This document shows positions 1-8,249 of a stretch of 64,000 bases of DNA, one piece after another. Under the pieces are notes generated by a model. The model was not told the DNA's origin and did no database searches. It saw only the letters and a list, made by a program, of their open reading frames with translations. This DNA comes from Clostridia bacterium (GTDB lineage: Bacteria; Bacillota; Clostridia; Oscillospirales; CAG-272): the NCBI GenBank assembly GCA_017410065.1, contig JAFQRL010000047.1, positions 3,921-67,920 on the forward strand, written 5' to 3'. The stretch's first letter is position 1, and every line of letters starts with the position of its first letter. The translations under genes were made by a program, and so were the position numbers.

Positions 1-1332
1 GGTGTCGTCGTAATGAAGCATTTTGTCTATCATAATGAGTAGACCCATAGAGAAAATCACGGTTAAGATCGGAACAAGAGTGAGACCGAGAGCCGAGAGG
101 GTGTCCGAAATTCCAATATTCCAGCCGCCGAAGAGCTTACCGATAACGGCAAATGCATCCTCTATACTGTTTGCTCTGAAGAATATCCAGGCAAAGGAAA
201 CAAGCACGAAGGTGCCAACTCTGCGAAGCCACCTGAGAAGCCCCGAATCCTTCCCGAGACCCACTCGTTCCCAGAATATATCTCGGGGTCGCCTTGTGAG
301 TGTGCCGACCACCTGATATAAGCCGTGAATAGCTCCCCAAAGCACAAAGGTCCAGTTTGCTCCGTGCCAAAGTCCCGAAACAAGGAAAACGATAAACACG
401 TTCAGCATTGCCCGAGCCTTGCCTCTCCTGTTTCCGCCAAGGGGAATATAGAGATAATCCTTGAACCAGCCCGAAAGAGATATATGCCATCTTGCCCAGA
501 ATTCCTTTATACCCGTTGCCATATATGGATGATCGAAATTCTTCATCAGCCGAATTCCCATAACGCGGGCACAGCCTATGGCAATATCTGTGTAGCCCGA
601 GAAGTCGCAGTAGATCTGCACGGCAAAGAGGGCGGTCGCAATGATAACACCGAGGGCGGATGCGCTCTCAACGTTGTTATATACCGAATTTACGTAGACG
701 GCTATAAGATCCGCAACGCAGATCTTCTTGAAAAAGCCGACTATCATATGCTTCGCGCCCTTAACGGCGTTTTCATTCGACCAGGGGTGCCGCTCGCGGA
801 GCTGGGGCATAAGGTTGCCGGGTCGCTCGATAGGACCCGCAACGAGCTGTGGGAAGAAGGATACAAAGAGGGCGTAGAAGAAGAAATTACGCTCGGGAAG
901 AACGTCGCCTCTGTATACGTCGATAACGTAGGAGAGCGTTTGGAATGTATAGAAGGAAATACCCACGGGAAGGAGCAGATCTAGCTCAAATCGGGACACC
1001 TGCCCGCCGCAAAGGTTGATAAGTCCCGTAACCGTTCCCGAAAGGAAGTTAAAGTATTTATAGAAGAAAAGGACTCCGAAGCACACAACGAGCGCGAGCG
1101 TGAGCCAAAGCTTCTTCACCGCTTTTCGCTCGGTCCTCTTTATTGCGTGAGAGGCGAGCCAGGAGATAAGAGTCGTGCCCGCAATAAGCACCACAAGCTC
1201 CGCCTGATAGCACATATAGAAATAATAGCTTGCGACAAGGAGCATCGGCCACACCGCCCGCCTTGGCAATACAAAATAAAGAAGGGCGACTATGGGATAA
1301 AAGATGAGGAATTCAAGCGAATTAAAGGTCAT
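1..1332 (-). CDS. MBOAT-family membrane-bound O-acyltransferase (AlgI/DltB-like); 3' end cut by window edge
   Basis: This ORF is absent from the track because it runs off the window. My reverse translation from the ATG at 1332 gives MTFNSLEFLIFYPIVALLYFVLPRRAVWPMLLVASYYFYM...KRTERKAVKKLWLTLALVVCFGVLFFYKYFNFLSG. The frame stays open to nt 1. It contains the MBOAT His block FLVSGLWHGANWTFVLWG (His codon 364-366). The start overlaps the stop of the upstream small ORF (ATGA). Confidence 0.85.
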   Translation of the reverse strand, partial: MTFNSLEFLIFYPIVALLYFVLPRRAVWPMLLVASYYFYMCYQAELVVLIAGTTLISWLASHAIKRTERKAVKKLWLTLALVVCFGVLFFYKYFNFLSGTVTGLINLCGGQVSRFELDLLLPVGISFYTFQTLSYVIDVYRGDVLPERNFFFYALFVSFFPQLVAGPIERPGNLMPQLRERHPWSNENAVKGAKHMIVGFFKKICVADLIAVYVNSVYNNVESASALGVIIATALFAVQIYCDFSGYTDIAIGCARVMGIRLMKNFDHPYMATGIKEFWARWHISLSGWFKDYLYIPLGGNRRGKARAMLNVFIVFLVSGLWHGANWTFVLWGAIHGLYQVVGTLTRRPRDIFWERVGLGKDSGLLRWLRRVGTFVLVSFAWIFFRANSIEDAFAVIGKLFGGWNIGISDTLSALGLTLVPILTVIFSMGLLIMIDKMLHYDDT

Positions 1333-1589
1333 CTCACGCCTCCCTTCCCTAGTCTCTCGGATATAAGGTAAGAGAGAGTGAACACAAATGCAGAAATAAG
1401 AAGGGTGAGAACCACCTCGTCAAAGGGTATGCTCACGAGAAGCATAGCAATAAATAGCCCGATATGTAAAGCAATATTTACAATTTCGGCTATAAACGAG
1501 GCTTTGCCCCGAAGCACTCTTGGCAATACGTGAAGGCAGATCACAGCTATTGCCGAAGCAAAAAGCAAGGGATGAGAAAGTAATATCAT
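1329..1589 (-). CDS. small (86 aa) multi-pass membrane protein, function unknown
   Basis: This lies inside track ORF 1329..1703. The ATG at 1589 is preceded by GGAG. There are three hydrophobic segments (LLSHPLLFASAIAVICLHVL, IVNIALHIGLFIAMLLVSI, VVLTLLISAFVFTLSYLI). It sits between the SGNH lipoprotein gene and the MBOAT gene. Confidence 0.6.
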   Translation of the reverse strand: MILLSHPLLFASAIAVICLHVLPRVLRGKASFIAEIVNIALHIGLFIAMLLVSIPFDEVVLTLLISAFVFTLSYLISERLGKGGVR

Positions 1590-1726
1590 TTTCTGCTCCG
1601 TTGATATGGATTTATATTTGATCTTGGATAGCACCGAGGTGCAGGCCGCGCCGCGTAGCTTCTCTGCTGCTTGAAGCATTTTCGGCAGACGGCAGCACCA
1701 CATCTTTTGAAATTATGCGCTGTCCC

Positions 1727-4081
1727 TTATTCGGGGATCGCAGGGGTGACGGGTCCGTTTGTCGCGCCCTTTTCGTATGCGCAGCCCTCAAAGTAAAGTG
1801 CCTTATCAAGCACCTTATAGGGTGTTTTCACGCCAAGCATCGGGCAAAGATCAAGATACATCTGATAGGTGCGATATACTCTGCCGTAGTTATTGGGATG
1901 GAAGGCATTGTTGTAGAAATAAATATGATTGAAGATATAGTCCTCGGTCTCGCCGAGAACACCGTCGAAGCAATAATTCGTTTTTATAAAGAGCTCGTAT
2001 TCGTCGCACCAAGTCGCAAGGCTTGCCTTGGCATCCGCCGTCACCGCGTCGTAGTCGATAGGTGCGAAGGTGAAGTACACTTTTGCGCCCGAGCTTTTCG
2101 CCGCCGCTATTGCCCTGTTCATATTTGCGAGGTACACCGCCTCGTCTGCCGAGCACCACTTCTCCGAGGTGCGCCAGTCCTCCTCTGCGGGATTTGCCGT
2201 GGAGAACTCCCCCTCAAGGATAGACTTGAATCGGTTATTGAGGGTGATCTCATAGACCGCCTTGTAATTTTCCTCCTTAAGATAGCCCTCCATCTGGGAC
2301 GTATTGTATTCACCGAGCTCATTGAAGCTACCCGAGAGAACAACGTCGCCGTATTCTCCCGCGACCCTCACATATCTGCCCTTCTCAAAGAAGTCGTAAG
2401 CCCCTTCGGTGCTACCCGTGTTAAATTCTCTGAACGCGCCGAAGATATTTTCATAGCCCGAGATATCAACGTAGCGGAAGATATTATACATACCCTCAAG
2501 GTCGCGAAGGGTCTTCCAATAGAGCCTCGGCTCGCCCATCTCGTAGATGCTGTTTTCGGGCGCGTAGAGGATAATATCTCCCTCCTTTGCGTATCCTTTC
2601 ATTGCCTCAAGATACATATATATCTGGGTCGTTCTGGTCGTGCCGAAGTTGATGACCGCATAATCCTCGTTATCGATCAGTGCCTCAAGATATTCGGTGG
2701 AAAGACCGCAATATGAGGAGGAGCCCGAAATAACGATTATCCGCTTTTTATCCGCGCTAGAGAGAAGTCTTGTGAATTTCTTTGCAAAGCATCCGCCCTC
2801 GCTCTTCGAAAATCTCGGCGCGATGGTGGCGTTAACGTAGAAGTGCTTGAAATTAGAATAGGTGGTGGAATCGAAGATATCGTTTGAAACGTATGCAATA
2901 CCGTCGGGATAGTAAAGGGTGGTGAGACTGTTACAGCCCGCGAACGCGCCGTCCTCGATCATTGCAATTCGTCTGTTCAGCACAAGAGTGTGGAAGCTTT
3001 TATTAACAAACGCGCCCTCACCGATGGCAATAACGAATTTGTCTCCGATCTTCTCGGGAATGGTGACGACGTCCGCATTGCCAATATACCCTGTTATCAT
3101 AATTCCGTCCGTCACGAAGTTGGGGGCGAGAGCCGCGCCCGACCCCTCGGGCATTCCAACCGTCACGTCCTTATACTGAAAATCGCCGTGGCGTGTGTCC
3201 TCTGCCCAGATGCAATAAAGGACCGCGCCCTCGTCCATAGGATATTTTGAGCCGAGGCTGTATCCTGTGCCCGTGCCGTCCGCCTTGGTGTTATACTCCA
3301 TAAGCACGTAGCCCTCGCGAGTGAAGCTGCCGTCGTCCCAGAAGGTGTATGGCGCGCCGACCTCCTCATACCAATCCGCATTGAATTTCACGTGCGCTAC
3401 CGTCTCACTTTGGGTAACGGTATAATACTTTGTCGCCTTAAGGTTCTCGGAGGAATAATTTATAACTCCGCCGTTTACGTCGTATTTAAGAAGCCCCGCC
3501 GCCGAATAATTCGCAAAGACGTAGCACATACCGCTGTTTGCGTACTTTTCCGAGAGATCAAAGGAGATATCGCGCTCTGTGGAAATAAGCGTGCCGCCGC
3601 TTGAAAGAGGACCGCCGTAGCTCCAGCCGTCAAACACGCGGCTCGTGTCTTTTGCGGAAAGGCTGATGAGCGTTCCCGCATAGTATCTGCCGTTTTGGTG
3701 GCTTGAGGTGTCCTGATTTCCGCCAACAAATCCAAACTCAAGCTTTGCCGAGGTGTCGTAGCCAACGTCCTCGCAGTTGAATTGAAGCCTTGTGTTTCCT
3801 CTTATATTGCTAACGGTGAGCTTGCCGCTTTCGGGGTCGTATTCTGCACCGACCGCCTTGCCGCCCGAGGTAACTCCTCTATATGCAACAGTCTCGCCGA
3901 GCTTCACCGTGAATTCGGCGGTGCCGCCCTCCGAAACGAAGACAGGATTATCTCCCACGATCTCCGCTCCCTTTGAGGCTACAAGCTGAACGCGATATCC
4001 CTCGCCCTCCTCCTCGCCCGAGCAGGCAAAGAGCGCAAGAGCCGAGATGAGCGCAATAAGTATTAAAAAAAGCTTCTTCAT
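1727..4081 (-). CDS. multidomain lipoprotein: surface repeats (BspA-type LRR, Listeria/Bacteroides-type repeat) + C-terminal SGNH/DltD-like domain
   Basis: The track ORF is 1727..4123. The likely start is the ATG at 4081 (GAGGTG RBS), which gives MKKLFLILIALISALALFAC|SG, a lipobox. An LRR-like segment reads FVIAIGEGAFVNKSF...IEDGAFAGCNSLTTL. A repeat reads GYVLMEYNTKADGTGTGY. The C-terminal part has SGNH-like blocks (IIVISGSSSYCG and FHPNNYG). Confidence 0.7.
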   Translation of the reverse strand: MKKLFLILIALISALALFACSGEEEGEGYRVQLVASKGAEIVGDNPVFVSEGGTAEFTVKLGETVAYRGVTSGGKAVGAEYDPESGKLTVSNIRGNTRLQFNCEDVGYDTSAKLEFGFVGGNQDTSSHQNGRYYAGTLISLSAKDTSRVFDGWSYGGPLSSGGTLISTERDISFDLSEKYANSGMCYVFANYSAAGLLKYDVNGGVINYSSENLKATKYYTVTQSETVAHVKFNADWYEEVGAPYTFWDDGSFTREGYVLMEYNTKADGTGTGYSLGSKYPMDEGAVLYCIWAEDTRHGDFQYKDVTVGMPEGSGAALAPNFVTDGIMITGYIGNADVVTIPEKIGDKFVIAIGEGAFVNKSFHTLVLNRRIAMIEDGAFAGCNSLTTLYYPDGIAYVSNDIFDSTTYSNFKHFYVNATIAPRFSKSEGGCFAKKFTRLLSSADKKRIIVISGSSSYCGLSTEYLEALIDNEDYAVINFGTTRTTQIYMYLEAMKGYAKEGDIILYAPENSIYEMGEPRLYWKTLRDLEGMYNIFRYVDISGYENIFGAFREFNTGSTEGAYDFFEKGRYVRVAGEYGDVVLSGSFNELGEYNTSQMEGYLKEENYKAVYEITLNNRFKSILEGEFSTANPAEEDWRTSEKWCSADEAVYLANMNRAIAAAKSSGAKVYFTFAPIDYDAVTADAKASLATWCDEYELFIKTNYCFDGVLGETEDYIFNHIYFYNNAFHPNNYGRVYRTYQMYLDLCPMLGVKTPYKVLDKALYFEGCAYEKGATNGPVTPAIPE

Positions 4082-4379
4082 AGTCCACCTCTGATAGTTT
4101 TCAAGTCGGGGCTTTCGCCCCATATTTTTTGTATTTTACCATATTTAAATAATAATTGGAAGAGCACAATTTTTAATATTTTTTTAATTTCAACAAAGGA
4201 GAGAAAACTTGCACAAAATAATCACCGCCGCTTTGTGTAGAATGTATATTAAAAAGAGATGCCCCGATCAAAGTCGAAGCATCTCCCTTTATTTTACCTA
4301 TTTCCTGTTTAACGATGTAAGTCGCGTAACTTACACACAACTAAGCTCCCTACTTTTGAAGGAAATCTCAAAGCGACCA

Positions 4380-4631
4380 ACTTTATTTTTTATCGAGTTA
4401 ACATCAACCGAGGACGATATGTCCGTCTTCAAGATGGTTCGGGACGGTATGGGACTCGCCGTCACCTCTCGGCTTATCGCCGAGGAAAACACCGACGGAG
4501 TAAGAATTCTCACCCTTACTCCGCCCCTGCGCCGCGACCTTTGCTACATCACCTCAAAATCATCTCGCCGTTCCTTCGCCCTGCGCGAATTTATCGCTCA
4601 CCTCAAAGCCTGCTGCGGCGAGCTTTCATAA
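4380..4631 (+). pseudogene. remnant of a LysR-family regulator (C-terminal substrate-binding end only)
   Basis: Only the last ~80 aa of track ORF 4209..4631 look LysR-like (DDMSVFKMVRDGMGLAVTSRLIAEE...LRRDLCYITSKSSRRSFALREFIAHL). No HTH or N-terminal two thirds is present; the upstream part is AT-rich non-coding-looking sequence. Confidence 0.6.
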
Positions 4632-4695
4632 AAATCAACCTTCAAAAAGCAGAAAAAGGCGATTTTCACCGCCTTTTTCTGCGTTTTTATTCATA

Positions 4696-5937
4696 TTATC
4701 CCTTGTAACCCCAAACGACAGGACGGCGTGAAGAGTTCCACTTTGAATCCCATCCGCTTGGCTCGCTTTCCGCCTCGCAATATATCGTAAGGCTGCTGCA
4801 AATTCCGAACGCATAATCACCGATGCTTGTGACGCTATCAGGGATAGTCACGCTCGTAAGGCTGGTGCATCCATAGAACGCATAATAGCCGATGCTTGTG
4901 ACGCTATTCGGGATAGTCACGCTCGTAAGGCCGGTGCAACCATAGAACGCACCATCGCCGATGCTTGTGACGCTATCAGGAATTACAAAGCTTGTATCAG
5001 TCTTTCCTATTGCATATTGAATTAAAATTTTGCCGTCCTCTGAATAAAGGTTTCCGTCAATGGATTTATATACAGTGTTTCCTTCACTAACTGTAATACT
5101 CGTAAGGCCGGTGCAATTAAAGAACGCCAAATCGCCGATGCTTGTGACGCTATCAGGAATTGTCACGCTCGTAAGGCCGGTGCAACCCTCGAACGCCCAC
5201 CAGCCGATGCTTGTGACATAATCGGGGATTACTAGTTCGGTTACGGTTTTATCGTACAGACCGGCAATTTCGCAAGAGGTAGTCGTCGAGGTGAATTTGA
5301 AGTTTTTCATTTCATCCTTTAGCTTGGTTTTTGCTTTCACAACGACATCACCTGTTATAGGCTTTGTGAAGTCAAAATCCCAACCTAAAAATTCATAACC
5401 CAACTTCGTGGTAACGTTCCCCGTTGGGGCTGTTGCGAAGAACCCCTCTTCGATATATTGAGTTTCAGCTGCAATAACGTCTTCAGCAACAAATGAAACC
5501 TCGTAAACCTCGGTTCTGTGAATAACAACTGTATATACCGCCGCCGCCTCATCATTCACCATTTCTATTATATAGAAAGTGTTATCTCCTTCGTTAAGGC
5601 TGACCGTTTTAGTTGCGACGGTTTGCATTCCGAGCGAATCGAGTGCAACAACGTATTTTGCATTTCCCGAAACCTTAATTTCGTTGGCAAATTCAAAGAT
5701 TTCCTTGTCCTTTGATACCCTTCCGTAAACGTCGGTTCCGTTTACCTCAAGTGTTTTAAAGGATATTTCATCCTTTTCGGGCTCGGGCTTTGGTTCCGGT
5801 TGCGGCTCGGGCTTTGTTCCGTCATCGGCGGAATTATCTCCGGGATTGCTTTGCGTATCATCCCCGCACGCCGTGAACGCAAAGCACGCCGCAGAAAGCG
5901 TTAAGATCATCGCGAAAAGAAGCAAGAATTTTCTCAT
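4696..5937 (-). CDS. BspA-type leucine-rich-repeat surface lipoprotein
   Basis: The track ORF is 4696..6060. The likely start is the ATG at 5937 (AAGGAGAA RBS), giving MRKFLLLFAMILTLSAACFAFTAC|GDD, a lipobox. It has a PEPQPEPKPEPE linker. At least 5 copies of the 23-aa unit IPDSVTSIGDxAFxGCTxLTSVT are present. Confidence 0.85.
   Translation of the reverse strand: MRKFLLLFAMILTLSAACFAFTACGDDTQSNPGDNSADDGTKPEPQPEPKPEPEKDEISFKTLEVNGTDVYGRVSKDKEIFEFANEIKVSGNAKYVVALDSLGMQTVATKTVSLNEGDNTFYIIEMVNDEAAAVYTVVIHRTEVYEVSFVAEDVIAAETQYIEEGFFATAPTGNVTTKLGYEFLGWDFDFTKPITGDVVVKAKTKLKDEMKNFKFTSTTTSCEIAGLYDKTVTELVIPDYVTSIGWWAFEGCTGLTSVTIPDSVTSIGDLAFFNCTGLTSITVSEGNTVYKSIDGNLYSEDGKILIQYAIGKTDTSFVIPDSVTSIGDGAFYGCTGLTSVTIPNSVTSIGYYAFYGCTSLTSVTIPDSVTSIGDYAFGICSSLTIYCEAESEPSGWDSKWNSSRRPVVWGYKG
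4790..5235. repeat. tandem ~69-nt coding repeats (LRR units) inside the lipoprotein gene
   Basis: Near-identical DNA units recur every 69 nt, e.g. gatgcttgtgacgctatcaggga/aatagtcacgctcgtaaggcc/tggtgca. Confidence 0.7.
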
Positions 5938-6294
5938 TTTAGTTCTCCTTTTTAAGATTCTTATTTTGTTGGCTTTGCCCAAAAGGGCTGAAAAATTAAA
6001 AAAATGCGCCCGCAAAGCGAGCGCACCCCAACTAAGTACTCCCGATTTGCTGCGACACAAAACTTATCCATACAGGTATATGAAAAGATGGGAAGTACTA
6101 AATTTGGCATAGTACACCCCTGTATGGAATTATTAAGTTTTATGTCGCAACCCCATTATAGCACAATAATTTTCAAAAGTAAATAATTTTTTGGAAATTT
6201 TTAATTATTTTATTTAGCACGCTAAATTATCTTCGATAAAAAGCGACCCGTGTTAACACCGCGGCACGAAAGCAAATGCTTTAAAATGCAAAAA

Positions 6295-6338
6295 ACGAGC
6301 AGAAGCTAAGGGCGCAAAAGCCTTTAATTTCCGCTCGT
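6295..6338 (-). terminator. hairpin terminator downstream of eda (possibly bidirectional)
   Basis: ACGAGC...GCTCGT forms the outer stem and AAGGC/GCCTT an inner stem. The hairpin is flanked by an A-run (6290-6294) and a T-run (6339-6341). Confidence 0.5.
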
Positions 6339-6364
6339 TTTAAATTATCCTGTTATTTCAAAAA

Positions 6365-7330
6365 TTACTTCTGAAGAAGGTGGATAGCGAAGCCGCAGAT
6401 CTCGTCCTTGAAGTATGCGAACTTGGGCTTGCCTGTCTTGTCGTCGTAGGTGACGGAGGACTCGTCAAACTCGAAGCCCATTCTCTTGAAGTATGCCATA
6501 GCTCTGTCAACGAAGTTGGTTCTGATGGCGATATGGCCGCACTTGCCGGGACCCTTGCCCATCATAAACTCGAAGGCGTCGCCTGCGAAGATGGACTTGC
6601 TGGTCTCTCTGATAGGCATACCGAACATAAGCTCAAAGAGCTTTGCGCCCTTCATAGCCTCATCGGCGGAGTCGTTATTAATGCCCATATGAATGAACTC
6701 AAGGCCGAGCATCTTCTTAACTGCGTTCTTGGTGAGCGCGGTGATATCGTCCCACTTCTTCTCCTTAACGAGCTCGTCCTTAACCATAAAGGAGCCGCCG
6801 CAAGCAACTATCTTATTGAACTTAAGGTAATCAAGGAGGTTATCTGCGTTGATACCGCCTGTGGGCATAAAGGTGAGCTGACCGTAGGGAGCCGCCATAG
6901 CCTTAAGCATCTTAAGACCGCCAACAGCCTCTGCGGGGAAGAACTTTACTGTGGAAAGACCAAGCTCGAGAGCCGCCTCAACGTCGGAGGGGTTAGCGCA
7001 ACCGGGAAGCATAGGAACGCCCTTGGACTGTGCGTATGCAACTACCTTGGGATTAAGGCCGGGAGAAACGAGGAACTTGGAGCCTGCCGCGATAGCCGCG
7101 TCTACCTGCTCGGTGGTGAGAACGGTGCCCGCACCGACAAGCATCTCGGGATAAGCCTCGGTGATGTTCTTAATAGCCTCTGCCGCGCAAGCAGTTCTAA
7201 AGGTGATCTCTGCTGCGGGAAGACCGCCGTCGATAAGTGCCTTTGCAAGCGGAACGGCATCATCGGGATTCTCGATCTTGATTACGGGAATAAGACCGAT
7301 GGAATAGAGTTCGGAAATCATTTTATCCAT
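6365..7330 (-). CDS. eda: KDPG/KHG aldolase (Eda) with ~105-aa C-terminal VOC/glyoxalase-like extension
   Basis: The N-terminal ~210 aa matches the Eda pattern (LIPVIKIENPDDAVPLAKALIDGGLPAAEITFRT...GAGTVLT...FLVSPG...VKFFPAE...PTGGI). The tail GLEFIHMGINN...CGHIAIRTNFVDRAMAYFKRMGFEF resembles a VOC-fold module. An AAGGAGA RBS is present. Confidence 0.85.
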   Translation of the reverse strand: MDKMISELYSIGLIPVIKIENPDDAVPLAKALIDGGLPAAEITFRTACAAEAIKNITEAYPEMLVGAGTVLTTEQVDAAIAAGSKFLVSPGLNPKVVAYAQSKGVPMLPGCANPSDVEAALELGLSTVKFFPAEAVGGLKMLKAMAAPYGQLTFMPTGGINADNLLDYLKFNKIVACGGSFMVKDELVKEKKWDDITALTKNAVKKMLGLEFIHMGINNDSADEAMKGAKLFELMFGMPIRETSKSIFAGDAFEFMMGKGPGKCGHIAIRTNFVDRAMAYFKRMGFEFDESSVTYDDKTGKPKFAYFKDEICGFAIHLLQK

Positions 7331-7459
7331 TGTTTTTTCTCCTTTTGAAAAACATATTTTGCTATCTTATTATACAATATTATAAGCCTTCACAACAATT
7401 GCAAAGCTTGCCCTCGACTTTGCATATATTGACCTTGATGAAATGTGCACGTCTTTGTA

Positions 7460-7488
7460 TTGACAAAATCCAAAATTTATAATATAAT
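7460..7488 (+). promoter_or_regulatory. sigma-70/SigA-type promoter (TTGACA-17-TATAAT)
   Basis: TTGACA lies at 7460-7465, followed by a 17-nt spacer and TATAAT at 7483-7488. It is ~40 nt upstream of the GGAGG RBS and TTG start at 7527. Confidence 0.7.
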
Positions 7489-7526
7489 TATTCTAATAAA
7501 TTAGATTTAACTTCGGAGGTGCCAAG

Positions 7527-8249
7527 TTGAGAATAGCCGTATACACAAGATCAAGCTTTCTTTATCAAAAGATAAAGCTTGCCGTCTCGGGCACAGCGGA
7601 GGCTGTGCGAGTTCACTCTCCGAGGGAGGCTCTCGGCTTTGAATTGTTGCTTGCCGAGGCTGAATTCGCGGCGGCTGATAAGGATTTTTTGAAGGCTTCG
7701 GCGCAAATATCCGATGGTGCAAAGGATGGTTTGGCACAAGCAGCTGACGGTGCCCCGAATTTTTCGGCAGATAGCTCAAAATTCGGACACGTGGTCGGGC
7801 AAAGCGCCTTTACCCGAGAGCTTTATGAGCTTGGGAATGGCACGCGCTCTCTGCCGCGAATCGTTCTTATGGGCGAGGGATGCGAGCTTCCTCTGCCCTT
7901 CACCTACGGTCAGCTTCTTTCGGTGATAGAAGAAAGAAAGGACGGCTCCCCCGCGCTTATGATCGGCGAGGGGTGCGCTTATCTGCGAGGCGAGAGGATC
8001 GCTCTCACCGAGGTGGAATTTGCGCTCTTTGAGGAGCTTTACCGCAAGGGCGGCGAGTTTGTCTCAAAGGAGCAGCTCCTCGGCAAGGTCTGGGGCGAGG
8101 GGACGGACGGCGGCGTTGTTAACGTTTACGTTCACTATCTGCGGCAGAAGCTTGAGCGAGGCGAGCGGATAATTCTCAATTCCCGAATGAACGGATATAA
8201 GATCGACGAGCGATTTTTGAAGGGAGGAAAAGATCAATGCTTCGAATAA
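7527..8249 (+). CDS. OmpR/PhoB-type winged-helix DNA-binding protein with degenerate (pseudo-)receiver N-terminus
   Basis: The start is TTG after a GGAGG. The C-terminus ALTEVEFALFEELYRKGGEFVSKEQLLGKVWGEG...VNVYVHYLRQKLE...NGYKI is a Trans_reg_C-like wHTH. The N-terminus MRIAVYTRSS...ELLLAEAEF lacks the acidic pocket and phospho-acceptor Asp. The gene overlaps the addB start by 13 nt. Confidence 0.75.
   Translation: MRIAVYTRSSFLYQKIKLAVSGTAEAVRVHSPREALGFELLLAEAEFAAADKDFLKASAQISDGAKDGLAQAADGAPNFSADSSKFGHVVGQSAFTRELYELGNGTRSLPRIVLMGEGCELPLPFTYGQLLSVIEERKDGSPALMIGEGCAYLRGERIALTEVEFALFEELYRKGGEFVSKEQLLGKVWGEGTDGGVVNVYVHYLRQKLERGERIILNSRMNGYKIDERFLKGGKDQCFE

Noticed and set aside
1058-1252. Apparent frameshift or pseudogenisation of the MBOAT gene (track shows only a 64-aa fragment here)
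   Set aside because: My first hand translation slipped a frame. Re-translation from the ATG at 1332 is open through to nt 1 and keeps all MBOAT blocks. The gene is intact, and it is missing from the track only because it runs off the window.
1715-2716. 333-aa plus-strand ORF, and similarly 6380..7348 (322 aa)
   Set aside because: They are antisense to the SGNH lipoprotein gene and to eda respectively. No motifs or RBS are present.
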